64,000 nt of DNA from an uncultured Comamonadaceae bacterium (lineage in GTDB: Bacteria > Pseudomonadota > Gammaproteobacteria > Burkholderiales > Burkholderiaceae_C): the NCBI GenBank assembly GCA_965650725.1, contig CBFGPX010000001.1, forward strand, positions 18,665-82,664, written 5' to 3'. Of the stretch, positions 30,650 through 39,675 are shown piece by piece. Every line of letters begins with the position of its first letter. Positions within the stretch are counted from its first letter, which is position 1. The translations under genes and the position numbers were made by a program. The notes beneath the pieces are model-generated. The model was not told the origin of the DNA. It was given only the letters and a program-made list of their open reading frames with translations, and did not search any database.

Positions 30650-31633
30650 ATGGCCCGCGAAGACGACGAAGACGACAACGGCGCGCTGACCGACGCCAGC
30701 CCAAACCCCAACTGGTTCCTGCGTGCGCGGCTAAAGACGCGCCAGCTGCTGCTGCTGATCGCGCTGGACGACGAGCGCAACATCCACCGCGCCGCCGACG
30801 TGTTGTGCATGACCCAGCCGGCCGCCTCCAAGCAGTTGAAGGACCTGGAGGACATGCTGGACGTGAAGCTGTTCGAGCGCCACCCGCGCGGCATGGAGCC
30901 CACGCTGTACGGCGAGACCATGATCCGCCACGCGCGCATGGCGCTGACGTCGCTGTCGGCTGCACATGACGACATCGTCGCGCTGAAGCACGGGCTGTCG
31001 GGCCAGGTGGAGGTGGGCGTCATCATGACCCCCGCCATGGGCCTGCTGCCGCGCGCCATCTCGCGCATCAAGCTGCAGGCGCCCAAGCTGCGCATCGGCG
31101 TGCACATGGAAAGCAGCAAGGTGCTGCTGGACATGCTGAAGCGCGGCACGCTGGACTTCATGATCGGCCGCATCCTGGAAGAGGACGCCGCTGCGGGCCT
31201 GCACTACGAGGAATTGACGGTGGAGCCCGCCTGCGCGGTGGCGCGCGTGGGGCACCCGCTGCTGAAGGCCGACAACCTGAAGCTGGCGGACCTGGCCGAC
31301 CAGCCATGGATCCTGCCGCCGCCCGGGAGCGTGCTGCGGCACCGGTGGGAGCTGATGTTCCGGCGTGCCGCGCTGGAGCCGCCGTCCAATTGCGTCGATA
31401 CGACGGCGTTGCTGCTGATCACGGCGTTGCTGCACCAGACGGATTCACTGCACGTGATGCCGGTGGAGGTGGCGCGGTACTACGCGTCGTTGAATGTGCT
31501 GGCCATCCTGCCCATCGAGCTGCCGTGTCACATGGATGCGTTCGGGATCATCACGCGTGAGGGGCATCTGATGTCGCCGGGGGCGAGACAGCTGCTGCAC
31601 GAAGTTCGATTGGCTGCTCGCGATTTGTACTGA
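30650..31633 (+). CDS. LysR family regulator (GbpR-like)
   Basis: LKTRQL...NIHRAA...MTQPAASKQLKDLE; substrate-binding domain. Confidence 0.92.
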   Translation: MAREDDEDDNGALTDASPNPNWFLRARLKTRQLLLLIALDDERNIHRAADVLCMTQPAASKQLKDLEDMLDVKLFERHPRGMEPTLYGETMIRHARMALTSLSAAHDDIVALKHGLSGQVEVGVIMTPAMGLLPRAISRIKLQAPKLRIGVHMESSKVLLDMLKRGTLDFMIGRILEEDAAAGLHYEELTVEPACAVARVGHPLLKADNLKLADLADQPWILPPPGSVLRHRWELMFRRAALEPPSNCVDTTALLLITALLHQTDSLHVMPVEVARYYASLNVLAILPIELPCHMDAFGIITREGHLMSPGARQLLHEVRLAARDLY

Positions 31634-31676
31634 GCTTCGTTGGTTGCTTTTGCGGAGTGTGCGCGTGCTCCCTGCA

Positions 31677-31946
31677 TTGCCGGGAGTCCGTCCCGGCGGC
31701 CGGGTAACTTTCTTCTGCGGGGCCAGAAGAAAGTCACCAAAGAAGAGGCCCTGAACCGCACACGAGCGCGGAGCCGCCCAGAGCGGCGCGCGAAAACAAC
31801 CAGCGGCGTTGCGCCCAGACGCGAGCCGCTGCGCTCTCGCCGCTGTCCTAGTGACGAGCGTCACTTATCGCCGCTTCAGACCGGTTAACGCCGGCTGCAC
31901 GCCGGGCTTACGAGGAGTGCGAAGACAGCGTCGCTCGGGCGACGCG
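31677..31946 (-). repeat. family A structured repeat, copy 2
   Basis: Reverse-complement match to 22117-22379. Confidence 0.9.
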
Positions 31947-31958
31947 TTCAGTTGGCGC

Positions 31959-32327
31959 TCAGGTGCTGACTGCGTTCGTGAACGTCAGGCGGTTGCCGAA
32001 CGGGTCGGTCACGCTCACGTCGCGCGAACCCCAGGGCGTGTCATGGATGCCGGGGCGCGAGTGGTCGTAATGTTTGGCGCTCAGCTCGGCGTGGAAAGCT
32101 TCGATGTCGCTGACGCGGATGCGCATGCCCGCGCCCGGGCAGCAGTCGCCATGGTGCTCGCTCAAATGCAGCACGCAGTCGCCACGCGACACCTGCATAT
32201 ACAGCGGCAGGCCGGGCTCGAAGCGGTGCTCCCAGTCGACGGTGAAGCCCAGGATGTCCACATAGAACTCGCGCGCCTTGGCCTCGTTGAAGCTGCGCAG
32301 GATGGGGGTGGTCTGGTCGAAGTGCAT
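31959..32327 (-). CDS. VOC/glyoxalase (bleomycin-resistance-like) protein
   Basis: TPILRSF..KAREFY...LGF.VDWEH, LHLSEHHGD, PWG.R...DPFGNRL. Confidence 0.88.
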   Translation of the reverse strand: MHFDQTTPILRSFNEAKAREFYVDILGFTVDWEHRFEPGLPLYMQVSRGDCVLHLSEHHGDCCPGAGMRIRVSDIEAFHAELSAKHYDHSRPGIHDTPWGSRDVSVTDPFGNRLTFTNAVST

Positions 32328-32362
32328 GCCCCAGTGTGCCGGCTCGGCATCGTGGGTTCGCG

Positions 32363-32665
32363 TCAGTCGTCCTCAGGGCTGACGAAGACCGCCCGGAAGG
32401 CCTCGGCGAACTCGCGTGACGCGCTGAAGGTCAGCGTGACGGTGATCCAGCCGCCGGCCTCGTGCTGGATCAGCAGTTCATGGTCCCAGTCGTTGCCGTC
32501 TTCCACGGAGCCTTGCCGGTCGCCGTAGTTTGTCTGCGCCCAGGCCAGTACTTGATCCACCTCGGCCATCACGGCCGCATGCTCGGCCTCGCGGGTGGAG
32601 GCCATGGCTTCCAGCGTGAGGATGTCGTCGGAGCTGTCGGTGAGGGCTAAGGTGAGATGGCGCAT
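32363..32665 (-). CDS. hypothetical acidic protein
   Basis: 100-aa ORF with plausible composition, in tandem with the VOC gene. Confidence 0.65.
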   Translation of the reverse strand: MRHLTLALTDSSDDILTLEAMASTREAEHAAVMAEVDQVLAWAQTNYGDRQGSVEDGNDWDHELLIQHEAGGWITVTLTFSASREFAEAFRAVFVSPEDD

Positions 32666-32702
32666 GGGGTGAAGCGTAAGCGGGCCGGCGCTTGGGGGTC
32701 AG

Positions 32703-33015
32703 CTTGGCTTGGATGCTTTTTCGGGGAGCGCTGCTGATCGAGAGATTGCCGGGAGTCCCGCCCGGCGGCGGGGTAACTTTCTTCTGTCTTGCCAGAAGAA
32801 AGTCACCAAAGAAGAGGCGCTGAACCGCACACGAGCATCACGGCGCCATGACCGGCGCGCGAAAACAGCCTACGGTGAGGCGCCCCGACGCGAGCCGCTG
32901 CGCTCTCGCGGCTGTCCCTATGACGAGCACCACCTATCGCCCCTTCACGCCGCTTAACGCCGGCTGCACGCCGGGCTCACCAGGAATACCAAGTCAGCGT
33001 CGCTCGGGCGACGCG
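32703..33015 (-). repeat. family A structured repeat, copy 3
   Basis: Reverse-complement match to copy 4 over ~310 bp. Confidence 0.9.
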
Positions 33016-33089
33016 AGGTGGTGTCCGCAAACTCGGCACCTGCATCGAAGAATCGTTGGGGTTCACCGCGCCCAACCCCGCCTATGTGC

Positions 33090-33335
33090 TTACTGCCCGT
33101 GCACAAACAAAGCTAGGGTCGCCACAATGCGCGGCAGTCGCATGATGAGCAAGGCAGCTAGCTTGATAGCTGGCCCATCGTTTCTGAAGTGGTCCAACAC
33201 AGTTGCAGCCGTGTCGCGTCCTTTTGGTAGGCCGGCACCGTAGCCGGCAACGCCACGAGTGACTTGACGGGAGATGGGCTTACGGGGTTTGACGCTGTCT
33301 TTATGGCGAGTGATTACCGAATCTTTCATGACCAT
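33090..33335 (-). CDS. possible orphan small protein between inverted repeats
   Basis: ~80-aa ORF in a lower-GC spacer; candidate TTGCCT-N16-TATATT promoter at 33482-33455; no recognisable motif. Confidence 0.3.
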   Translation of the reverse strand: MVMKDSVITRHKDSVKPRKPISRQVTRGVAGYGAGLPKGRDTAATVLDHFRNDGPAIKLAALLIMRLPRIVATLALFVHGQ

Positions 33336-33514
33336 TCCGCTTAGCCCAGCTTGGGATGGCACCAAATGAAAGCGGCAGCCATCAATCCAAACTGGAAAGA
33401 TGAGCTGCCGGAGCCCGGTTACTCGGCGGGCCGCTTCCGCGGCCGACGGGCGTAAATATAGCTCTCAGGTTGGAATAGGCAAAGCGAACCGCAGACCGCG
33501 CAATCCACCGTGCT

Positions 33515-33823
33515 GTCGCCAGAGCGATGCTGACTTCGTATTTCTGATGAGCCCGGCGTGCAGCCGGCGTTAAGCGGCGTAAAGGGCCGATGGATGGCGC
33601 TCGTCACAAGGACAGCCGCGAGAGCGCAGCGGGTCGCGCGTGGGCGCCAAGCTGCAGGCTGTTTTCGCGCGCCGCTCATGGCGCCGCCGCGATGGTGTGC
33701 GGTTCAGGGCCTCTTCTTTGGTGACTTTCTTCTGGCCCCGCAGAAGAAAGTTACCGCGCTGCCGGGCGCGCATCCCGGCAATCTCTCGATCAGCAGCGAT
33801 CTTCCCGAGAGCATCCAACCAAG
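33515..33823 (+). repeat. family A structured repeat, copy 4
   Basis: Same orientation as copy 1, inverted relative to copy 3. Confidence 0.9.
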
Positions 33824-33827
33824 ACCA

Positions 33828-34790
33828 TCACTTCTTGCAAGCAGAAGAAGGATTCGCCCTCGGCCCCGCCTTGGTCTGATGGATGAACGGAATCGTCCCA
33901 TCCGCGCGATACGAGAACTCCTCGATGGCCACCGACCGCCGATGCTCATGCCCCCCCGGCAGCTCTGCGTTGTGATACGCCACATAGCTGCGCCCGTTGA
34001 ACTCGAAGAACGCCTGATGGATGGTCTTTGTCTTCGTGTTGCGCTCCATGACGACGCCCTGCGGCGTCCACGGCCCAACCGGTGACGGCCCCGTCATGTA
34101 CGCCGTCTCTTCCGGCCAGTGCTGCGAATAGCTCAGGTAGTAGACGTTCTTGCCCATGACCTTGCGCTTGTGCAGATACGGCGCCTCCACGAAATTGGCC
34201 ACCGGCACCGTCGTGATCGGCCCGTCCAGCTCCGTCATGTTGGCCTTGAGCTTGGCGTACTTCAGCACCGTGTTGCCCCAGTACAGATAGGCCTGGCCAT
34301 CGTCGTCGACGAACACGCCGGGGTCGATGTCGTCCCAGGCGATGTCGGTCTGCTTGGTCATGTCGTTGGTGATCAGCGCCGAGCCGCGCGCATCGACGAA
34401 CGGGCCGGTGGGCGAATCGGACACCGCCACGCCCACGGCAAAGCCCGGCACCGTCGCGTGCTCCACCGTCGAGTAGAACCAGTACCTGCCGTTGCGCTTG
34501 ACGATGTCGGACGCCCACGCGCGGCCCTTGGCCCACGCGAAGGTCTTGGCGTTCAGCGGGATGCCTTCGTCCTTCCAGTTCACCATGTCGCAGGTGGAGA
34601 ACAGGCGCCACTCGTGCATGACGTAGTCCTTGCCCTCGGGCTCTGCCTCGTCGCGGCCGGCGAACAGGTAGACACGGCCCCCATCCACCAGCACGGCCGG
34701 GTCGGCCGTGTACAGCGGCGCGAACAGCGGGTTGGCGGCTTGGGCCGTGCCGCAGGCAAAGGCGGCGGCCAACAGGAGTTGCTTGAACAT
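33828..34790 (-). CDS. GH43 xylosidase/arabinofuranosidase-like protein, secreted
   Basis: Signal peptide; YTADPA, AWAS, DIDPG, FVEAP. Confidence 0.85.
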   Translation of the reverse strand: MFKQLLLAAAFACGTAQAANPLFAPLYTADPAVLVDGGRVYLFAGRDEAEPEGKDYVMHEWRLFSTCDMVNWKDEGIPLNAKTFAWAKGRAWASDIVKRNGRYWFYSTVEHATVPGFAVGVAVSDSPTGPFVDARGSALITNDMTKQTDIAWDDIDPGVFVDDDGQAYLYWGNTVLKYAKLKANMTELDGPITTVPVANFVEAPYLHKRKVMGKNVYYLSYSQHWPEETAYMTGPSPVGPWTPQGVVMERNTKTKTIHQAFFEFNGRSYVAYHNAELPGGHEHRRSVAIEEFSYRADGTIPFIHQTKAGPRANPSSACKK

Positions 34791-35758
34791 CAGTGTTGGG
34801 CCTTCTTCAAGGACAGCAGGCGCTGGACCGCGCAGAACACGAACAGCAGCGCGCCGATGACGATCTTGGTCCACCAGGAGCTGAGCGTGCCGTCGAAGGC
34901 GATCAGCGTCTGGATCAGGCCCAGCACCAGCACGCCCGACAGCGCACCAGCGACGAAGCCATAGCCGCCCGTCAGCACGGTGCCGCCAATCACCACGGCG
35001 GCGATGGCGTCCAGCTCCACGCCCTGGCCATGCTGGCCGTAGCCGCTGAGCATGTAGAACGCGAACAGCAGGCCGGCCAGCGACGCGCAAAAGCCGCTGA
35101 GGCCGTACACCGCCACCTTGGTGCGGCCGACCGCCAGGCCCATCATCAACGCGGAAGCCTCGTTGCCGCCGAGCGCGTAGACGGTGCGGCCGAAGGCGGT
35201 CCAGTGCGCCAGCCACAGGCCCAGGCCCAGCACCACCAGCGCGATGACGGCGCCAGGCGACAGGAAGGCGTCGCCGAACAGCGGGATCTGCGTCTGCGAC
35301 AGCGTGACGAACAGCGGCGCGTCGATGGTGATGCTGTCCACGCTGATGAGGAAGCACAGGCCGCGCGCCAGGAACATGCCGGCCAGCGTGACGATGAAGG
35401 CCTGCAGCTTGAACACGTGGATGACCAGCCCTTGCAGCGCGCCGAATGCCGCGCCGCCCAGCAGCACGACGACGATGACTGCTTCAGCCGGCCACTGCGC
35501 GACCTGGAGCAGCCAGGCGGCGACCATCGTGGTCAGCGCCAGCACGGAGCCCACCGACAGGTCGATGCCGCCGGACAGGATGACGAAGCTCATGCCCACC
35601 GCGATGACGAGCAGGAAGGCGTTGTCGATGAGCAGGTTCAGCACCACCTGCGTGGAGCCGAAGCCGGTGTAGCTGGTCGCACCCGCGGCGAACAGCAGCA
35701 GCATCAGCACGACGCTGACCCAGGTGGTGAAGGAAGGGGCGGAGAGCAGGCGCTTCAT
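34790..35758 (-). CDS. yjfF: furanose-sugar ABC transporter permease
   Basis: NLLIDNAFL, GGIDLSVG, ELDAIAAVVIGG, FDGTLSSWWTKI. Confidence 0.85.
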   Translation of the reverse strand: MKRLLSAPSFTTWVSVVLMLLLFAAGATSYTGFGSTQVVLNLLIDNAFLLVIAVGMSFVILSGGIDLSVGSVLALTTMVAAWLLQVAQWPAEAVIVVVLLGGAAFGALQGLVIHVFKLQAFIVTLAGMFLARGLCFLISVDSITIDAPLFVTLSQTQIPLFGDAFLSPGAVIALVVLGLGLWLAHWTAFGRTVYALGGNEASALMMGLAVGRTKVAVYGLSGFCASLAGLLFAFYMLSGYGQHGQGVELDAIAAVVIGGTVLTGGYGFVAGALSGVLVLGLIQTLIAFDGTLSSWWTKIVIGALLFVFCAVQRLLSLKKAQH

Positions 35759-36759
35759 GCGGACCTCCGCGACCAGATGGACGACTGCGAGATGCAGACG
35801 GCGAACACGACGACGGCCTTGACGACCATGGTGACCTGCGGCGGCACGCCCAGCGCGTAGATGGCGGAGGTCAGCGTCTGGATGATGAGCGCGCCGATCA
35901 GGCTGCCGAGCAGGCTGAACTTGCCACCGTTCAGCTGTCCGCCGCCCAGCGTGACGGCCAGGATGGCATCCAGCTCCAGCAGCAGGCCGGCGTTGTTGGC
36001 GTCGGCGCTCTTGATGTTGGACGAGATCAACAGGCCCGCCAGGCCCGAGCCCAGGCTGCAGTAGACGTAGACGAAGAACACGATGGCCGCCGTGCGCACG
36101 CCGGCCAGCCGCGCGGCGACGGGGTTGATGCCGACCGTCTGGATGAACAGACCCAGCGCAGTGCGCTTCATCAGCAGCGCGGTGAGACCCGCGACGATGG
36201 CGACGACGTAGAAGGACACCGGCAGGCCCAGCACGTAGCCGGCGCCCAGCCAGAAGAAGCTGGCGGGCTCGTAGACGGTGATGATCTGGCCGTCGGTCAG
36301 CAGCTGCGCCAGACCCCGGCCGGCGACCATCAGGATCAGCGTGGCGATGATGGGCTGCAGGCCCAGGCCGGCGACGAGCAGGCCGTTCCACAGGCCGCAC
36401 AGCAGCGCGGCGCCGAGTGCCGCTGCGAACGCGACGGCCAGGCCGTGCTCGGCGACCAGCACGCAGGCCACGGTGCCGGAGATGGCGACGATGGCGCCCA
36501 CCGACACGTCGATGCCGCGCGTGGCGATGACCAGCGTCATGCCCAAGGCGGCCAGCATCAGCGGTGCGGCCCGGTGCAGGATGTCGACGAGGTTGCCGTA
36601 CAGGCGGCCGTCCTTGATCTCCAGGTGCAGGAAGCCGGGCACGCTGAAGGCGGCGATGGCCAGCAGCAGCGCAAGCGCGGCCAGTGGGCGGAACAGCGGA
36701 TGGCGCCAGACAGCAGCGCGCGCGGGAGGAGAGGACATGGCTAGCGTGGGAGAACTCAT
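35755..36759 (-). CDS. ytfT: furanose-sugar ABC transporter permease
   Basis: DGRLYGNLVDIL, GIDVSVG, SADANNAGLLLELDAI. Confidence 0.85.
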   Translation of the reverse strand: MSSPTLAMSSPPARAAVWRHPLFRPLAALALLLAIAAFSVPGFLHLEIKDGRLYGNLVDILHRAAPLMLAALGMTLVIATRGIDVSVGAIVAISGTVACVLVAEHGLAVAFAAALGAALLCGLWNGLLVAGLGLQPIIATLILMVAGRGLAQLLTDGQIITVYEPASFFWLGAGYVLGLPVSFYVVAIVAGLTALLMKRTALGLFIQTVGINPVAARLAGVRTAAIVFFVYVYCSLGSGLAGLLISSNIKSADANNAGLLLELDAILAVTLGGGQLNGGKFSLLGSLIGALIIQTLTSAIYALGVPPQVTMVVKAVVVFAVCISQSSIWSRRSA

Positions 36760-39662
36760 GGGGTCTTGAAATGCAGCGCCGTCGCTTCGCCACGGTAGAC
36801 GACGGACCGCGCGGCGGCCGGGCGGCCGCCAGCGTCGAGCAGCTTCACGTCGAAGCGGCGTTGCGCGGCCAGGCCGGGGTAGCGGCCCTCGCGCGCCGCC
36901 ACCTGCAGCGTGCGGCGGGCGTCGTCCCAGCGCAGCTGCACGGTAGCGCGCCGGCCCCGCTCGTAGGCATAGGTCTCGCCGTCGTCCTCGTACAGCGTGA
37001 ACTGGGCATCGGCGCCGGGGTAGATGCGGATCTCGTAGGGCGCATCGCGGCGCTCGCCCACGTGCTGGACCACCGGGCCCATGGGCACGATGCTGCCGGC
37101 GCGCACGAACAGCGGGAACTCGTCCAGCGCGTACTCGCGCGCCACCGCCTGGCCGCCGTCGTGCACGCGGCCGCTCCAGAAGTCGAACCAGCGGTGGCCG
37201 GCAGGCAGCCGCGTGGCCTGGCGCTTGTCCACGTGACGCAGTTCGTCCGCCAGCGTGCGCAGCTGGGCCGGCGTGCGCCAGGCCAGGCGCAGCTTGGCGC
37301 CGTAGGCATCCTGGTAGAAGTCCAGCCGCAGGCGCACGGCCTGGCCGGCGGCGAGCTGCAGCCGGGTGCTCTGGTAGCGCGGCGCGCCGTTCTTCCAATC
37401 CTCGACGACGAGCTTGTCATCCAGCCACAGGCGGAAACCGTCGTCGCCTTCGACGCCGATCTCGTACTCGCCCGCCTCGGGCGCCACCAGGGTGCCCTGC
37501 CAGCGCGCGGAGAACTGCTGCAAGCCCTTCAGGCCGGGCGGCACGCTGCCCAGCGGCGGCGGCGGCCAGCTGTGGTCCACCGGACCGTCCACGGTGCGGC
37601 TGGCGGGCGTCTCGAAGTTCATGCCCGAGAAGTAGTCCAGCTGCAGGCCGGGTTCACCGGACGGCGTGCGCAGCGCGCTGGCGGGGATGGTGGTGGCCGG
37701 CGGCGGTTCGGCATGCAGCACCGCGCGAGTGACGGGCTGCACGAGGAAGGCCGGGCCGAACATGAAGGTGTCGTCCACGCGGCGCAGCGCGGTCTGGTCG
37801 GGGAAGTCCATCGCCAGGCCGCGCATCATCACGTAGCCCTCGGTGTGGGCGCGCCAGGCCAGCCCGTAGACGTAAGGCAGCAGGCGGTAGCGCAGCTGCG
37901 CGGCTTTCAGCAACGACTGGTAGACGGCCGGGTCCAGTGACTTGAACAGGTAGGGCTCGCGCTCCACGTCGGTGCCGTGGATGCGGTAGATGGGGTTGAA
38001 GATGCCGAACTGGTTCCAGCGCGCGTACAGCTCGCGCCAGGCCGGGTTGCGCTCGCCGCCTGGATGGCGCACGAAGAAGCCGCCGGTGTCCTGCGTCCAG
38101 TAGGGCAGGCCGGCCATGCCCACGTTCAGGCCGCCGGCGATCTGTGCGCGCAGCGTGGCCCAGCTGGCCGTCGTGTCGCCGGACCACGGCAGGGCCGCGT
38201 AGCGCTGCTGGCCGGCCCAGCCGGAACGCGTCAGCGTGAACACGCGCTTGTCGCCGCCGGCGCGCTGGCCTTCGTAGACCCCGCGCGTGGTGACGAGGCT
38301 GTAGACGTTCAGGTAGCGGGTGAAGTCGCCCATCGCGTTGCGGCCCAGCCGCTTGATGTCGGCCTCCACCTCGCCGGGGTCGTGCGCGGCGCCGCCCACC
38401 TCCACCTCGGTGCCGTCCATCCACAGCGCGTCCACGCCGATGTCCAGCAGCCCCTGCTTGACGTGCTTGAAGTAGATGCGGCGGCCTTCGGCGCTGAAGG
38501 CGTCGTAGATCTGCGCCTTGCCGGAGATCCAGTGCTTGGGGGCGAAGCGCAGGCCTTGCGCATCCAGCTCGCGGGCCAGCGCCGTGTCGTCGCCCACCGA
38601 GGGCCAGATGGACACCATCAGCTTCATGTCCAGCTGGCGGTGCAGCGTGTCCACCATGCCGCGCGGGTCGGGGAAGCGCTCGGCGTTCCAGGTCATGCCG
38701 CTCCAGCTGCCGTCCTTGTCACCGCCCCAGTACTGCCAGTCCTGCACGATGGTGTCGAGCGGGAAGCGCTCGGCCCGGAAGCGCTTCGCCACGTCCAGCA
38801 ACTGCTGCTGCGTCCTGTAGCGCTCCTTGCTCATGAACAGGCCGAAGGCGCTCTTCGGGAACATCGGCGCGGCGCCGGTGAGCTGGCGGTAGCCGGCCAT
38901 CAGCTCGTCCATCGTCGTGCCGGCGACGAAGTAGTAGTCGGCCCCGGCCGGCGCGCTCTCGGCCCAGAAGCGGGCGCCCTGCGCGTCGTCGGTGAAGCGC
39001 ATCTTGGAATACACATCCCACAGCACACCCCAGCGCCGCGTGGACACCATGAAGGGCAGCACGGTGCCGATGTTGGTCTGCACCATGGACACGTCGCGGC
39101 CGCGGTAGTCCATGTGGGACTCGTTGTACTGGCCCAGGCCGTACAGCGACTCGTCGGGCGTCAGGCTGAAGGCCTGCGTCATCGTGTAGCTGGGCGCGCC
39201 GGAGAACTCGGCCGGCTGCAGCGCGGCCGGCGCCTGCTCGCGCGTGAAGGGCTGGCCGTCGGGCCGCAGGAAGGCGATGGCGCCGCTGCGCTTGTCCACC
39301 TGCACGCGCAGCGCGGGGCTGGCCAGCACCAAGGTGTCGGCGCCATCCTGGACCTCAAGCGGCTGGGGCTGCGGCGCGGCCACGACGACGAGACTGGGCT
39401 GGGTGGCGTGGCTCTGGCCCAGGTGGGTGGTCACGCGCACCAGGCCGGGGCCGTAGAACAGCAGGTTGCGCGTGAGCGTCCCGCGCTGCACCTGCACGCC
39501 GGCGGTCAACCGCGTCCATGCGAAGCCGCCGGCATCGGGCGTCAGCGGCTGGCGCTGGGCCTGACCCAGGGCGTCCAGGCCCGTGGGGGTCTCGGCCCGC
39601 GCGGCGGGGGCCAGCGCGGCCAGGCACAGCAGGGCCAGGGCGGAGAGGGTGCGCAGGTGCAT
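36756..39662 (-). CDS. GH31 glycoside hydrolase with PA14 insertion, secreted
   Basis: Signal peptide; YGLGQ, IVQDWQYW, nucleophile region LWMDGTE, WSGD, WTQDTGGF; PA14 FSARWQG...DDGFRLWLD; YEDDGET. Confidence 0.88.
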   Translation of the reverse strand: MHLRTLSALALLCLAALAPAARAETPTGLDALGQAQRQPLTPDAGGFAWTRLTAGVQVQRGTLTRNLLFYGPGLVRVTTHLGQSHATQPSLVVVAAPQPQPLEVQDGADTLVLASPALRVQVDKRSGAIAFLRPDGQPFTREQAPAALQPAEFSGAPSYTMTQAFSLTPDESLYGLGQYNESHMDYRGRDVSMVQTNIGTVLPFMVSTRRWGVLWDVYSKMRFTDDAQGARFWAESAPAGADYYFVAGTTMDELMAGYRQLTGAAPMFPKSAFGLFMSKERYRTQQQLLDVAKRFRAERFPLDTIVQDWQYWGGDKDGSWSGMTWNAERFPDPRGMVDTLHRQLDMKLMVSIWPSVGDDTALARELDAQGLRFAPKHWISGKAQIYDAFSAEGRRIYFKHVKQGLLDIGVDALWMDGTEVEVGGAAHDPGEVEADIKRLGRNAMGDFTRYLNVYSLVTTRGVYEGQRAGGDKRVFTLTRSGWAGQQRYAALPWSGDTTASWATLRAQIAGGLNVGMAGLPYWTQDTGGFFVRHPGGERNPAWRELYARWNQFGIFNPIYRIHGTDVEREPYLFKSLDPAVYQSLLKAAQLRYRLLPYVYGLAWRAHTEGYVMMRGLAMDFPDQTALRRVDDTFMFGPAFLVQPVTRAVLHAEPPPATTIPASALRTPSGEPGLQLDYFSGMNFETPASRTVDGPVDHSWPPPPLGSVPPGLKGLQQFSARWQGTLVAPEAGEYEIGVEGDDGFRLWLDDKLVVEDWKNGAPRYQSTRLQLAAGQAVRLRLDFYQDAYGAKLRLAWRTPAQLRTLADELRHVDKRQATRLPAGHRWFDFWSGRVHDGGQAVAREYALDEFPLFVRAGSIVPMGPVVQHVGERRDAPYEIRIYPGADAQFTLYEDDGETYAYERGRRATVQLRWDDARRTLQVAAREGRYPGLAAQRRFDVKLLDAGGRPAAARSVVYRGEATALHFKTP

Positions 39663-39675
39663 GGTGGGCCTGCGC

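Noticed and set aside
31677-33823. CRISPR array or integron attC array
   Set aside because: Units are ~300 bp with mixed orientation and irregular spacing; no cas or integrase gene; no convincing RYYYAAC/GTTRRRY-bounded attC sites
31445-34085. Similar short ORFs (…VQGLFFGDFLLAPQKKVT…, …GNFLL..QKKVTKEEALNRT…), also at 22046-22423
   Set aside because: Translations of the family A repeat; starts and stops are not conserved between copies
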